Assembly: GCA_025363385.1 (NCBI GenBank)
Contig: JANYEA010000105.1
Coordinates: 25,038-89,037, forward strand
Reading direction: 5' to 3'
DNA length: 64,000 bases
Origin: Bacteroidota bacterium
Lineage (GTDB): Bacteria > Bacteroidota > Bacteroidia > Chitinophagales > Chitinophagaceae
Part shown: in pieces, positions 56,825 to 64,000 of the stretch
How positions within the stretch are numbered: position 1 is the first letter of the stretch
How the letters are laid out: every line of letters starts with the position of its first letter
Position numbers and translations under genes: made by a program
The notes under the pieces: generated by a model
What the model saw: the letters and a program-made list of their open reading frames with translations, nothing else
Told to the model about the DNA's origin: nothing
The model's database searches: none

Positions 56825-58531
56825 TTATTTTATTATGCTTGCCGCAACCATTTTTGCAGAACCCTGATTAATAATCATTCCATTTTCAATATGAATGATC
56901 TCATCACATTTCATTGCGATATTGATGTCTGAAGTTGTAAAAAATGTAGTGGCTGATGCATCTTTCAGAATAAAATCCATCAATTGACTCTTAACAGAAT
57001 CATCAAAATTTAAAAAGGGTTCTTCTAATAGTAACAATCTTCGTTTCCCTAACAAAGCCCGAATTAATAAAATTCCTTGCCTTATTTTAGAAGGTAATCT
57101 ATTACCAGCAGTTTCAAGCATAGATTCAAATCCACCAGGAAGAGATTGTACAAATTTTGTTAATTCAAACAATTCAACCAGGCTTTTTAGTTCTTCTTTG
57201 TCATACTCTTTATTACCCATGGTAAAATTTTCAAGAAGGGTTCCTTGAAAAATGTCTTGCTGACTTAAAAAGATTCCTGTAACAGATCGAAGTGATTCTA
57301 ACTGATAGTTTTCTATGGAAACACCATCAATTAAAAGAGCTCCTTCAAAATTTTTATAGGCCCCAGTAAGTAACCTAAGAATGGTTGATTTGCCTGAACC
57401 GGAATTCCCGTACACACAAATTGTTTTGCCGGCTTCAATAGAAAAACTAATACTATTCAATACAGGATTACCGATATCATAACTGTATTTCAATTTTCGA
57501 AACTCAATTGAGATGCCTTTTTGTACATCTTCAATTAACTGGATGCCTTCTTGCTCAATTTCGCATTCAGTTATTTTTGCGAGTTTCTCAACAGCTGTTA
57601 ATACATCATAAATCTTATCCAGGTTTGTAATTAGTTTTTCTACAGATCCAATAACCATAATAATTACAATATCTGCAGCAATAAACTGGCCAACATTAAT
57701 TTGTTGATCAACCAATAAAACCGATCCAACAATCAGCATACTGGCAGTAATAATAACCTTAAACCCTACTAGGCTCCAAAATTGGGTAACTAATATTTTA
57801 AAATACCGGGTGTGTGATTCAAGGTAACTAGACACATAACCGTCGGCCTTATCAATATTCAAAGAAGTGCCTTTTGAATATTTAAAAGTTTTTACAACAC
57901 GAGCCATTTCCTCTAACCAGGCTGCAGTTTTATATTTATAATCACTCGATTCCACATTTGCGGCGAATCCCGTTGGTAATGTATTGCGAAGTATCAAATA
58001 AAGTAACAACAAGAGAACAATACCAAAACCAATAAATACTGGATGGTAAAGCGAAAGTAAGATCACACCAAACAATATTTGAATAATAGCAGAAGGGATA
58101 TCAAGTAAAAGTTTTTCGATACCTTTTTGTAAAGATGCAATGTCAAAGAAACGATTCACCAATTCAGGTAAATAGTAGCTACTCATTTTTTCGATATCCA
58201 ATTTCGGTAATCGATTGGCGAACTCTAATGAAAATCTAATAAATATTTTTTGCTGAATTTTTTCAATCACTTGCATTTGCCTTACTTGCAATAAACCACC
58301 AATAAAAACTGCCACAACCACCAATACTATCAATACAACAATACTCGTAGATAATGAGCCTGCCATTACAAAACTGATTATAGTTTGAATTCCTAGAGGA
58401 GTTGCAAAATTTACTAAGCCTGCAAGAATAGCAAATACATAAATGGTGCTTATATCTTTTTTCTCTAAGCGAAGTAGCGTAAAGAACTTTTTTGCCGCTC
58501 CTGCAGGAGTAGGTTGCTGTTGTTCTGCCAT
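56825..58531 (-). CDS. ABC exporter, fused permease-ATPase (no peptidase domain) with degenerate NBD motifs
   Basis: 568 aa with a 6-TM domain. The Walker A motif is GNSGSGKST and the Q-loop is LSQQ. The LSGGQ position reads LPSKI, Walker B reads LLLLEEP, and the H-loop position reads TTSD. Confidence 0.85.
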   Translation of the reverse strand: MAEQQQPTPAGAAKKFFTLLRLEKKDISTIYVFAILAGLVNFATPLGIQTIISFVMAGSLSTSIVVLIVLVVVAVFIGGLLQVRQMQVIEKIQQKIFIRFSLEFANRLPKLDIEKMSSYYLPELVNRFFDIASLQKGIEKLLLDIPSAIIQILFGVILLSLYHPVFIGFGIVLLLLLYLILRNTLPTGFAANVESSDYKYKTAAWLEEMARVVKTFKYSKGTSLNIDKADGYVSSYLESHTRYFKILVTQFWSLVGFKVIITASMLIVGSVLLVDQQINVGQFIAADIVIIMVIGSVEKLITNLDKIYDVLTAVEKLAKITECEIEQEGIQLIEDVQKGISIEFRKLKYSYDIGNPVLNSISFSIEAGKTICVYGNSGSGKSTILRLLTGAYKNFEGALLIDGVSIENYQLESLRSVTGIFLSQQDIFQGTLLENFTMGNKEYDKEELKSLVELFELTKFVQSLPGGFESMLETAGNRLPSKIRQGILLIRALLGKRRLLLLEEPFLNFDDSVKSQLMDFILKDASATTFFTTSDINIAMKCDEIIHIENGMIINQGSAKMVAASIIK

Positions 58532-58537
58532 AATCTA

Positions 58538-59170
58538 TTATAAATTGTTGTATTCATATAATGGATCAATATGATCACCTGCAAGTATTTCAAATACCGG
58601 GTTAATAATACCATCATGCAAATCATACACCCAGCCATGCAAATCTGGTCTGTTCTCCTTTTTCCAGGCAGATTGTACTATGGATGTTTTTGCCAGGTTC
58701 ATTACTTGTTCCCTAACATTTAATTCTACCAAACGGTTCGCCCTTTTGTCTTCATCCTTTATGGCATCTACTTCATCCCGATATATGCGATACACATCTT
58801 TGATATTACGCAACCATTTATTTATTAAACCCAGACTTGTCTGCGTCATTGCTGCTTTTACCCCACCACAACCATAATGTCCGCATACAATAATATGTTT
58901 CACTTTTAATACTTCAACTGCATATTGCAATACACTTAGCATATTCAAATCGGTATGAACTACCATATTTGCCACATTTCTATGCACAAATATTTCTCCG
59001 GGTTGTGATCCTGTAAGTTCATTTGCGGGAACCCTGCTATCACTACAACCAATCCACATAAACTCTGGTTGTTGTATATCTACTAATCTTGAAAAATATG
59101 CTGGGTCTCTTTCAACCTGTTCTGCAGCCCAGATTTTATTTTCTTCGAGTAATTTTTGATACGAATACAT
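58538..59170 (-). CDS. can: Beta-class carbonic anhydrase
   Basis: 210 aa. The blocks [20 protein letters not shown] and CGHYGCGG closely resemble E. coli Can. Confidence 0.9.
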   Translation of the reverse strand: MYSYQKLLEENKIWAAEQVERDPAYFSRLVDIQQPEFMWIGCSDSRVPANELTGSQPGEIFVHRNVANMVVHTDLNMLSVLQYAVEVLKVKHIIVCGHYGCGGVKAAMTQTSLGLINKWLRNIKDVYRIYRDEVDAIKDEDKRANRLVELNVREQVMNLAKTSIVQSAWKKENRPDLHGWVYDLHDGIINPVFEILAGDHIDPLYEYNNL

Positions 59171-59264
59171 GATAATGGTTTATAAGTGAAATTACACTAA
59201 CATGCAAATAAAAAGCGCTATCCATCAAATGAATAACGCTTTCGGGAATTTTTTACAGGAACTA

Positions 59265-60020
59265 CTAAATATTTAGTCCGCCACATGCACTTATAACCTG
59301 TCCGGTGATATAATTACTCCAGTCAGATGCTAAAAACAAGGTGGTATTTGCAATTTCTTCTGCTTTTCCAAACCGCCCTAAGGGGATTTTTTTCAAAAAT
59401 TCAGTTGCGCCTTCCCCCTCTTTTAAATAATGTGTCATATCTGTTTCTACAAATCCTGGTGCTATTGCGTTGCAACGGATATTTCTGCTACCTAATTCAA
59501 GAGCAATCGACTTTGTAAACCCAATAATACCAGCTTTTGATGCTGCATAACTACTTTGGCCTGCATTTCCCCTGATTCCAATAATGGAGCTCATATTGAT
59601 AATTGAGCCAGATTTGGCCTTCATCATTGGTCGAATCACCTGTTTCGTCATATTGAATACACTTTTCAAGTTAATATCCATCACATCATCCCATTGCTCT
59701 TCCGTCATACGCAATAACAAATTATCCTTTGAAATGCCCGCATTATTTACACAAATATCAATTGCCCCAAACTCTTTTAAAACGTCTGCTACAAATGCTT
59801 CACACTCTGCAAACACCGCTGCATTGCTTTTATATGCTTTTGCTTTAACACCCAAAGCCCTGATCTCTGCTTCTAAAGCTGCAGCTTTCTCTGAACTACT
59901 TTCGCTTACATAGGTAAATGCGATATGCGCACCCTGTTCTGCCAATTTCAAGGCAATGGCAGCTCCAATTCCGCGGGCCGCACCAGTTACAATGGCTACT
60001 TTGTTTTGTAATAAATGCAT
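59265..60020 (-). CDS. fabG: 3-oxoacyl-[ACP] reductase (SDR)
   Basis: 251 aa. It has the motifs TGAARGIG and NNAG, and the catalytic YAASKAG. Confidence 0.85.
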   Translation of the reverse strand: MHLLQNKVAIVTGAARGIGAAIALKLAEQGAHIAFTYVSESSSEKAAALEAEIRALGVKAKAYKSNAAVFAECEAFVADVLKEFGAIDICVNNAGISKDNLLLRMTEEQWDDVMDINLKSVFNMTKQVIRPMMKAKSGSIINMSSIIGIRGNAGQSSYAASKAGIIGFTKSIALELGSRNIRCNAIAPGFVETDMTHYLKEGEGATEFLKKIPLGRFGKAEEIANTTLFLASDWSNYITGQVISACGGLNI

Positions 60021-60087
60021 GATTATTATTTTATCGATAACAAATGTAAAATAATTGCGCTTGGCAACAAGACATTCAGAGAAGTTT

Positions 60088-61215
60088 TTAGCTTTTTAGA
60101 CTTTCCACCGAATTTGATTTTTCGTATTCATAAAAATGAAAATAGAAAAATACAAAAGCTAATAGTACCACAAATACAAAAAGCAGTATACCCAAATCAT
60201 ACAATATTAAAAAGAATAATGCGGCTAAAATGGCAAAAAACATTTTCATAAACTCATCACCATTCATCATACTGGTATAGAGTATCGCATGAAAAAAAGC
60301 GGGAATGCTTAAAACCATGCATAATATTTGTGAAAAGTCTACCAAGTTAAAATGCAAGGGATATCCTTTCCAAACAAATAAGAGTTCAGGCATAAGTAAT
60401 ACAAAATAGAGGCCTATCATTTGGAAAAATCTTTTAAAAATGCTGATAGGTAAATTTCTGCTAAACAATAACCATTCACTTTCAAATAAACGTATCTGAA
60501 AGATAAGCGTAGTATGTGCTGCAATTACAAGTAATGCAATTAATAACACTGGTCGAATATCGTATCTATAAGGTTCATAAAATTGTATAAATCCATATAA
60601 AAATACAAGGTTAAATAGTTTAGTTAACAAAAGCATCCATTTTCTGTCCTTCCATAAAAAATACAAGGGAAATAAAAAGAATGGTTTTTTAAAAGGCAGA
60701 GCAGGTAACCGTAGTTTCAATACAAACTGTTCGTTACTATGCTGTTGCAAACATTTAAAATATAGCTGAACTGCTCCTAAAAAAAATAAGATATTTGAAA
60801 ATAAAATAATCAATGCTTGTTGATATTGATGCGTTTTAAATGCAATAGTTATAATAATTATTACATAAGAAATGACCGGAAAATATACTTCGAAATGCAC
60901 GAAACACATCCATGCCCAAACTTGTTTTTTGGGTAAGCGGTTCAAGCAGGTGAGAAAACTCAAACCCGGTTCCAATAAGCGATTCGTAATATAATTGATG
61001 CATTTTAGAGTATACAATCCCCATAATAAAATAATGATAACTAAAAACAGTGGGCCTCCTAATATTGCTTGAATAATTCCTGAATGAAATTCAATTAATT
61101 GCCCACCTCTAACCACACCAAACAATGCAAAAAATAAAAAAATAAAAAATCCTGCATTCAATTTATAGAAATGGTTTATTAAAACTGATTGCAAAACTTT
61201 AGTAATTATTCTCAT
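60088..61215 (-). CDS. Uncharacterised polytopic membrane protein (putative permease partner of the upstream ABC ATPase)
   Basis: 375 aa, extremely Phe/Leu/Ile-rich with about 9-10 predicted TM segments. Its start overlaps the ATPase stop codon (61212-61215). I recognised no family. Confidence 0.55.
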   Translation of the reverse strand: MRIITKVLQSVLINHFYKLNAGFFIFLFFALFGVVRGGQLIEFHSGIIQAILGGPLFLVIIILLWGLYTLKCINYITNRLLEPGLSFLTCLNRLPKKQVWAWMCFVHFEVYFPVISYVIIIITIAFKTHQYQQALIILFSNILFFLGAVQLYFKCLQQHSNEQFVLKLRLPALPFKKPFFLFPLYFLWKDRKWMLLLTKLFNLVFLYGFIQFYEPYRYDIRPVLLIALLVIAAHTTLIFQIRLFESEWLLFSRNLPISIFKRFFQMIGLYFVLLMPELLFVWKGYPLHFNLVDFSQILCMVLSIPAFFHAILYTSMMNGDEFMKMFFAILAALFFLILYDLGILLFVFVVLLAFVFFYFHFYEYEKSNSVESLKS

Positions 61216-61844
61216 TTGGCAAGTATGGTTGCAGTTTGATTATACACTTCAATAACTGAGGTAAAAGGAATATTATTTTGGAAAGACTGATGCGATGAAA
61301 TGATAAAAGATATTCCAAATTCTATTTGCATTTTTTTGATCCAGTCGCAAACCAAATCCACCGCATTTACATCTATAGTAATTAGTGGTTCATCTAATAA
61401 AATCCATTGTGGTTTACCAATTAATGCCAACGCAAGGCTTAGTTTTTTTAACATCCCACTCGAGTACGAACCAATTGAGTTCTGGTAAGCATCAAATATG
61501 TGTAAGTCTTTTAAATGTTGAAAAGATTCATTGATATCAGCTTTTTTAGTAGTACAATATAATTGCACCAGATCCTTTGCAGTTAGGAAGGACGGGTATA
61601 CCGGCTCTGCTTCCCCATAGTTTACAATTTTCAAAAAATCGTTCCTTTGTTTTTTTATAGAAACTCCATCCAATAAAATATCTCCTTTAAAAGGATGTAA
61701 CCCTGCCACCATTTTCATCAATGTGGTTTTACCTGATCCGTTTTCTCCTTTTAACCAATAAAGTCCTTTTTCTAATTGCAAGCATGGAATTTGCAATGCC
61801 AAATGATTGCCATAATATTTTTCGATTTGTACAAATTGCAGCAT
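61212..61844 (-). CDS. ABC transporter ATP-binding protein (stand-alone NBD)
   Basis: 210 aa. The Walker A motif is GENGSGKTT, the signature-like segment is YSSGMLKKLSLA, Walker B is ILLDEP and the H-loop is SSH. Confidence 0.85.
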   Translation of the reverse strand: MLQFVQIEKYYGNHLALQIPCLQLEKGLYWLKGENGSGKTTLMKMVAGLHPFKGDILLDGVSIKKQRNDFLKIVNYGEAEPVYPSFLTAKDLVQLYCTTKKADINESFQHLKDLHIFDAYQNSIGSYSSGMLKKLSLALALIGKPQWILLDEPLITIDVNAVDLVCDWIKKMQIEFGISFIISSHQSFQNNIPFTSVIEVYNQTATILAK

Positions 61845-61974
61845 ATGCTAAGTAAGCTTAAATAACTTTGTACTGAACCAAGGTATTCGTTTTTTATAGT
61901 TTTATTAACCGGGGTTTGTTTTGAAAATAGAAATAAAGCAGCGCTTTTTCATATAATTAGATATTTTAGCCAAA

Positions 61975-63234
61975 ATGAACAGCCTCTTAACCCGGAGAAA
62001 AATATTACTCATTGCCTTTTTAGTAGAAACCATTTGTGTTACTTATGCGCTCAAACTTAAGTTCCTAACTGGTTTTACTAGTATTGCATTTACCATTGCT
62101 GGTCTTTTTATTTGTTGGTTTGCCCTTGTTCTACCCAGTCCACAACAAGTTCCCAATCAACCATTTGACCTCACAAAAACAACGAATCAATATCGTTGGT
62201 GGATTCTTGCTATGACACTGATATGTATCATTGGCTCGGCCCTCCATTGGATGGAAGATGCACCGCTCGATTACCATGATGCCGATATGTTACCCATCAT
62301 AAAAATCATGAGTGAGCGGTTTATTCATGGAGCCTGGAGCCATGTATACGATTTAATTCCAGAAATCTGGGGCGGTATGCACCCAATATATTTACCAGCC
62401 ATGTGGTTGCCTTTTAGCATCCCCGTATTTTTTGATGCAGACCCAAGATGGACAACTGTGGTGGCATTGTTTTTACTTTCTTCCTTATTTATCTGGCGCA
62501 TTCAACCCTTACACAGAAAATCTGCCCCCATATTTTTTGCGGCATTCTTACTTATCTGGTGGTTATTAAATGCCCATAATTCTGGTTTGTTGATTTATAC
62601 AGAAGAAGGAGTGGTGATCGTATTTTACAGTTTTCTTGCACTGGCATTGTTAAGCAAAAACGGATGGCTTATCGGGATAGCAACTTCGCTTTGCGTTTTA
62701 AGTCGCTATTCTTTGGTAGGATGGATTCCCGCTATGCTGGTTTTCTATATATCTACAAAAGACTTCAAAAACCTTTTGCGTATTTCTCTCATGGGGATTT
62801 TATTCTTTCTTTTATTAGTGCTGATTCCTTTTGGATGGAAAACTTTTTTAACACTCAGTTCCATACCATCGGAATATATCAGCTTCAGCGAAAGGGTATG
62901 GAAAGATGCTCCCGTTGTTTTTCATGAAAGCTTAGGCTTTGCCAAATTCTTTGGTCCTAAAAATATTGCATTACAACACCATTTATTGATCTATTCTGCT
63001 CTTACGATTCCTACTATATTTATGATTGTTTGCCTAGCCTTAGTGAAGCGGTTTCATTTACAAAAAGATCACCTTCCTATTGCTACACTCAAGATCACAT
63101 TGGTAATATTTTATACGTTGGTAGACGTTCCTTACCTCTATCTTTTTTATACAGGTTCTTTTTTAAGTTTATTCTTAGTAACGAATTTGTTGGTGGGTGA
63201 AAAGCCAATATGGGCTTTTAAAAAAACTGCCTAG
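61975..63234 (+). CDS. Uncharacterised polytopic membrane protein (possibly GT-C-like glycosyltransferase)
   Basis: 419 aa with about 10-11 TM segments. An acidic loop after early TMs (EDAPLDYHDADMLP) is reminiscent of GT-C enzymes. This is a very tentative call. Confidence 0.4.
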   Translation: MNSLLTRRKILLIAFLVETICVTYALKLKFLTGFTSIAFTIAGLFICWFALVLPSPQQVPNQPFDLTKTTNQYRWWILAMTLICIIGSALHWMEDAPLDYHDADMLPIIKIMSERFIHGAWSHVYDLIPEIWGGMHPIYLPAMWLPFSIPVFFDADPRWTTVVALFLLSSLFIWRIQPLHRKSAPIFFAAFLLIWWLLNAHNSGLLIYTEEGVVIVFYSFLALALLSKNGWLIGIATSLCVLSRYSLVGWIPAMLVFYISTKDFKNLLRISLMGILFFLLLVLIPFGWKTFLTLSSIPSEYISFSERVWKDAPVVFHESLGFAKFFGPKNIALQHHLLIYSALTIPTIFMIVCLALVKRFHLQKDHLPIATLKITLVIFYTLVDVPYLYLFYTGSFLSLFLVTNLLVGEKPIWAFKKTA

Positions 63235-63241
63235 CATTTTT

Positions 63242-64000
63242 TTATTCATTGATCAGGAGCAGAATCTCATCTACATATCTACGATCATTACTTAACCTAG
63301 GTACTTTGTGTTGCCCACCCAGCTTGCCTTTGCTGCGGAGCCATTCATGAAATATATTTTTTTCAAGAGAATGTACCAAGGGCATTACTAATGCAATGTC
63401 TTTATATCTTTTTGCTTCATAATCGCTATTCAAAGATTTGAGCGCGCAATCTAATTCATACGCAAATGCATCTACATTTTCAGGGGCCTCCTCAAATTCA
63501 ATCAGCCATTCATGTGCTCCTTTTGAATCGTCACCAAAATATACAGGTGCCGCCGTATAATCATTTACAACCAAGCTGGTCTTTTCGCAAGCAATCGCAA
63601 TTGCTTTGTCGGCATTGTCGGCAATTACTTCTTCACCAAATGCATTAATATATTGCTTTAACCTACCACTTACTTTAATCTTGAATGGAAATACAGAAAC
63701 AAACTGTATTGTGTCTCCAACTAAATATCGCCATAGCCCTGCATTGGTACTTATAACCAGCGCGTAGTTTTTGCCAATCTCAACTTCACCCAAACCTATC
63801 GTCTTCGGATCTTCTTTTCCATATTCTTCTACTGGCATGAATTCATAAAATATTCCGTGTGCCAAAAACAATAACATTCCTTCCTGATCGGGGTCATTCT
63901 GTGCAGCAAAAAAACCTTCGCTTGCATTGTATATGTCCAGATAAGTTACACCCGGCCCAATTAGTTTCTTAAACTGCTCCCGATAAGGAGTAAATGATAC
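63242..64000 (-). CDS. GH3 (acyl-acid amido synthetase-like) family protein, C-terminal part (gene runs off the right edge)
   Basis: My translation keeps the frame open from nt 64000: VSFTPYREQFKKLIGPGVTYLDIYNASEGFFAAQNDPDQEGMLLFLAHGIFYEFMPVEEY... This matches the bacterial GH3-family pattern. The ORF track lists only the internal Met at 63877. Confidence 0.7.
   Translation of the reverse strand, partial: VSFTPYREQFKKLIGPGVTYLDIYNASEGFFAAQNDPDQEGMLLFLAHGIFYEFMPVEEYGKEDPKTIGLGEVEIGKNYALVISTNAGLWRYLVGDTIQFVSVFPFKIKVSGRLKQYINAFGEEVIADNADKAIAIACEKTSLVVNDYTAAPVYFGDDSKGAHEWLIEFEEAPENVDAFAYELDCALKSLNSDYEAKRYKDIALVMPLVHSLEKNIFHEWLRSKGKLGGQHKVPRLSNDRRYVDEILLLINE

Noticed and set aside
1-64000. Short ORF-track entries lying antisense or out of frame inside well-supported genes. 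Examples are 1739-2089, 2786-2974, 3243-3473, 4097-4339, 7868-8146, 14029-14256, 18294-18494, 20093-20433, 21136-21747, 24944-25273, 29266-29523, 34151-34504, 45133-45483, 48240-49019, 52697-53032 and 59584-59913.
   Set aside because: They fully overlap genes with strong family motifs. Their translations are low-complexity or compositionally skewed, and I recognised no motifs. These are typical shadow ORFs.
1-64000. Search for rRNA, tRNA, CRISPR arrays, IS elements or transposases, integrases, phage or defence genes.
   Set aside because: I saw no tRNA-like T-arm (GGTTCGAAT-type) in the intergenic regions. I saw no regularly spaced direct repeats, no terminal inverted repeats flanking a transposase-like ORF, and no nuclease-, helicase- or RT-like proteins. 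The scan was visual, so small elements could be missed.

Overview
This is a densely packed chromosomal window that looks like a Bacteroidota genome. My guess is a Chitinophagia or Sphingobacteriia-like organism, based on a T9SS C-terminal sorting domain, a TonB-dependent receptor, DUF4114/DUF3570/DUF4266-type proteins and AT-rich intergenic DNA; I cannot verify this without a search. I call about 50 protein genes. I saw no rRNA, tRNA, CRISPR array, transposase, integrase or phage genes. Layout: 0-1.6 kb holds a TetR regulator plus the start of a TolC-type efflux gene. 1.7-6.8 kb holds DUF502, serC, DUF1015 and an acyl-CoA synthetase. 6.9-12.2 kb holds three secreted amidohydrolases, two of them tandem M20 paralogs. 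12.2-13.8 kb holds an orphan TPR-like protein. 14.0-27.1 kb is an amino-acid biosynthesis supercluster: a short leuA-like gene, then ilvE-D-B-N-C, then thrA-B-C. 27-36 kb holds a TAT-exported oxidoreductase, a penicillin-acylase-family protein, GH43, an orphan LuxR-type response regulator and a large DUF4114/T9SS protein. 36.4-40.6 kb holds a ROK regulator and an ApbE-DUF4266-DUF3570 operon. 40.7-49 kb holds a two-component system plus TolC-MFP-RND plus a YncE-like propeller. 49-54 kb holds a Rieske oxygenase, a secreted DUF62 SAM hydrolase-family protein and a TonB-dependent receptor. 54-59.2 kb holds a carbonic anhydrase-ABC-HlyD-TolC operon. 59.3-64 kb holds fabG, an ABC ATPase with an uncharacterised polytopic partner, another polytopic membrane protein and a GH3-family fragment. 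The best-supported unlisted signals are two small leader ORFs below the ORF-track size cutoff. One is Ile/Val-rich and is followed by a perfect intrinsic terminator in front of ilvE. The other carries six consecutive Thr codons in front of thrA. Both fit classical ribosome-mediated attenuators. Other items worth a second look are the ApbE-DUF4266-DUF3570 module, a signal-peptide-bearing DUF62 enzyme beside a TonB-dependent receptor, and an ABC exporter whose nucleotide-binding domain has degenerate signature and H-loop motifs. I found no convincing wholly new multi-gene system such as a defence island. All family assignments come from motif recognition by eye, not from searches.
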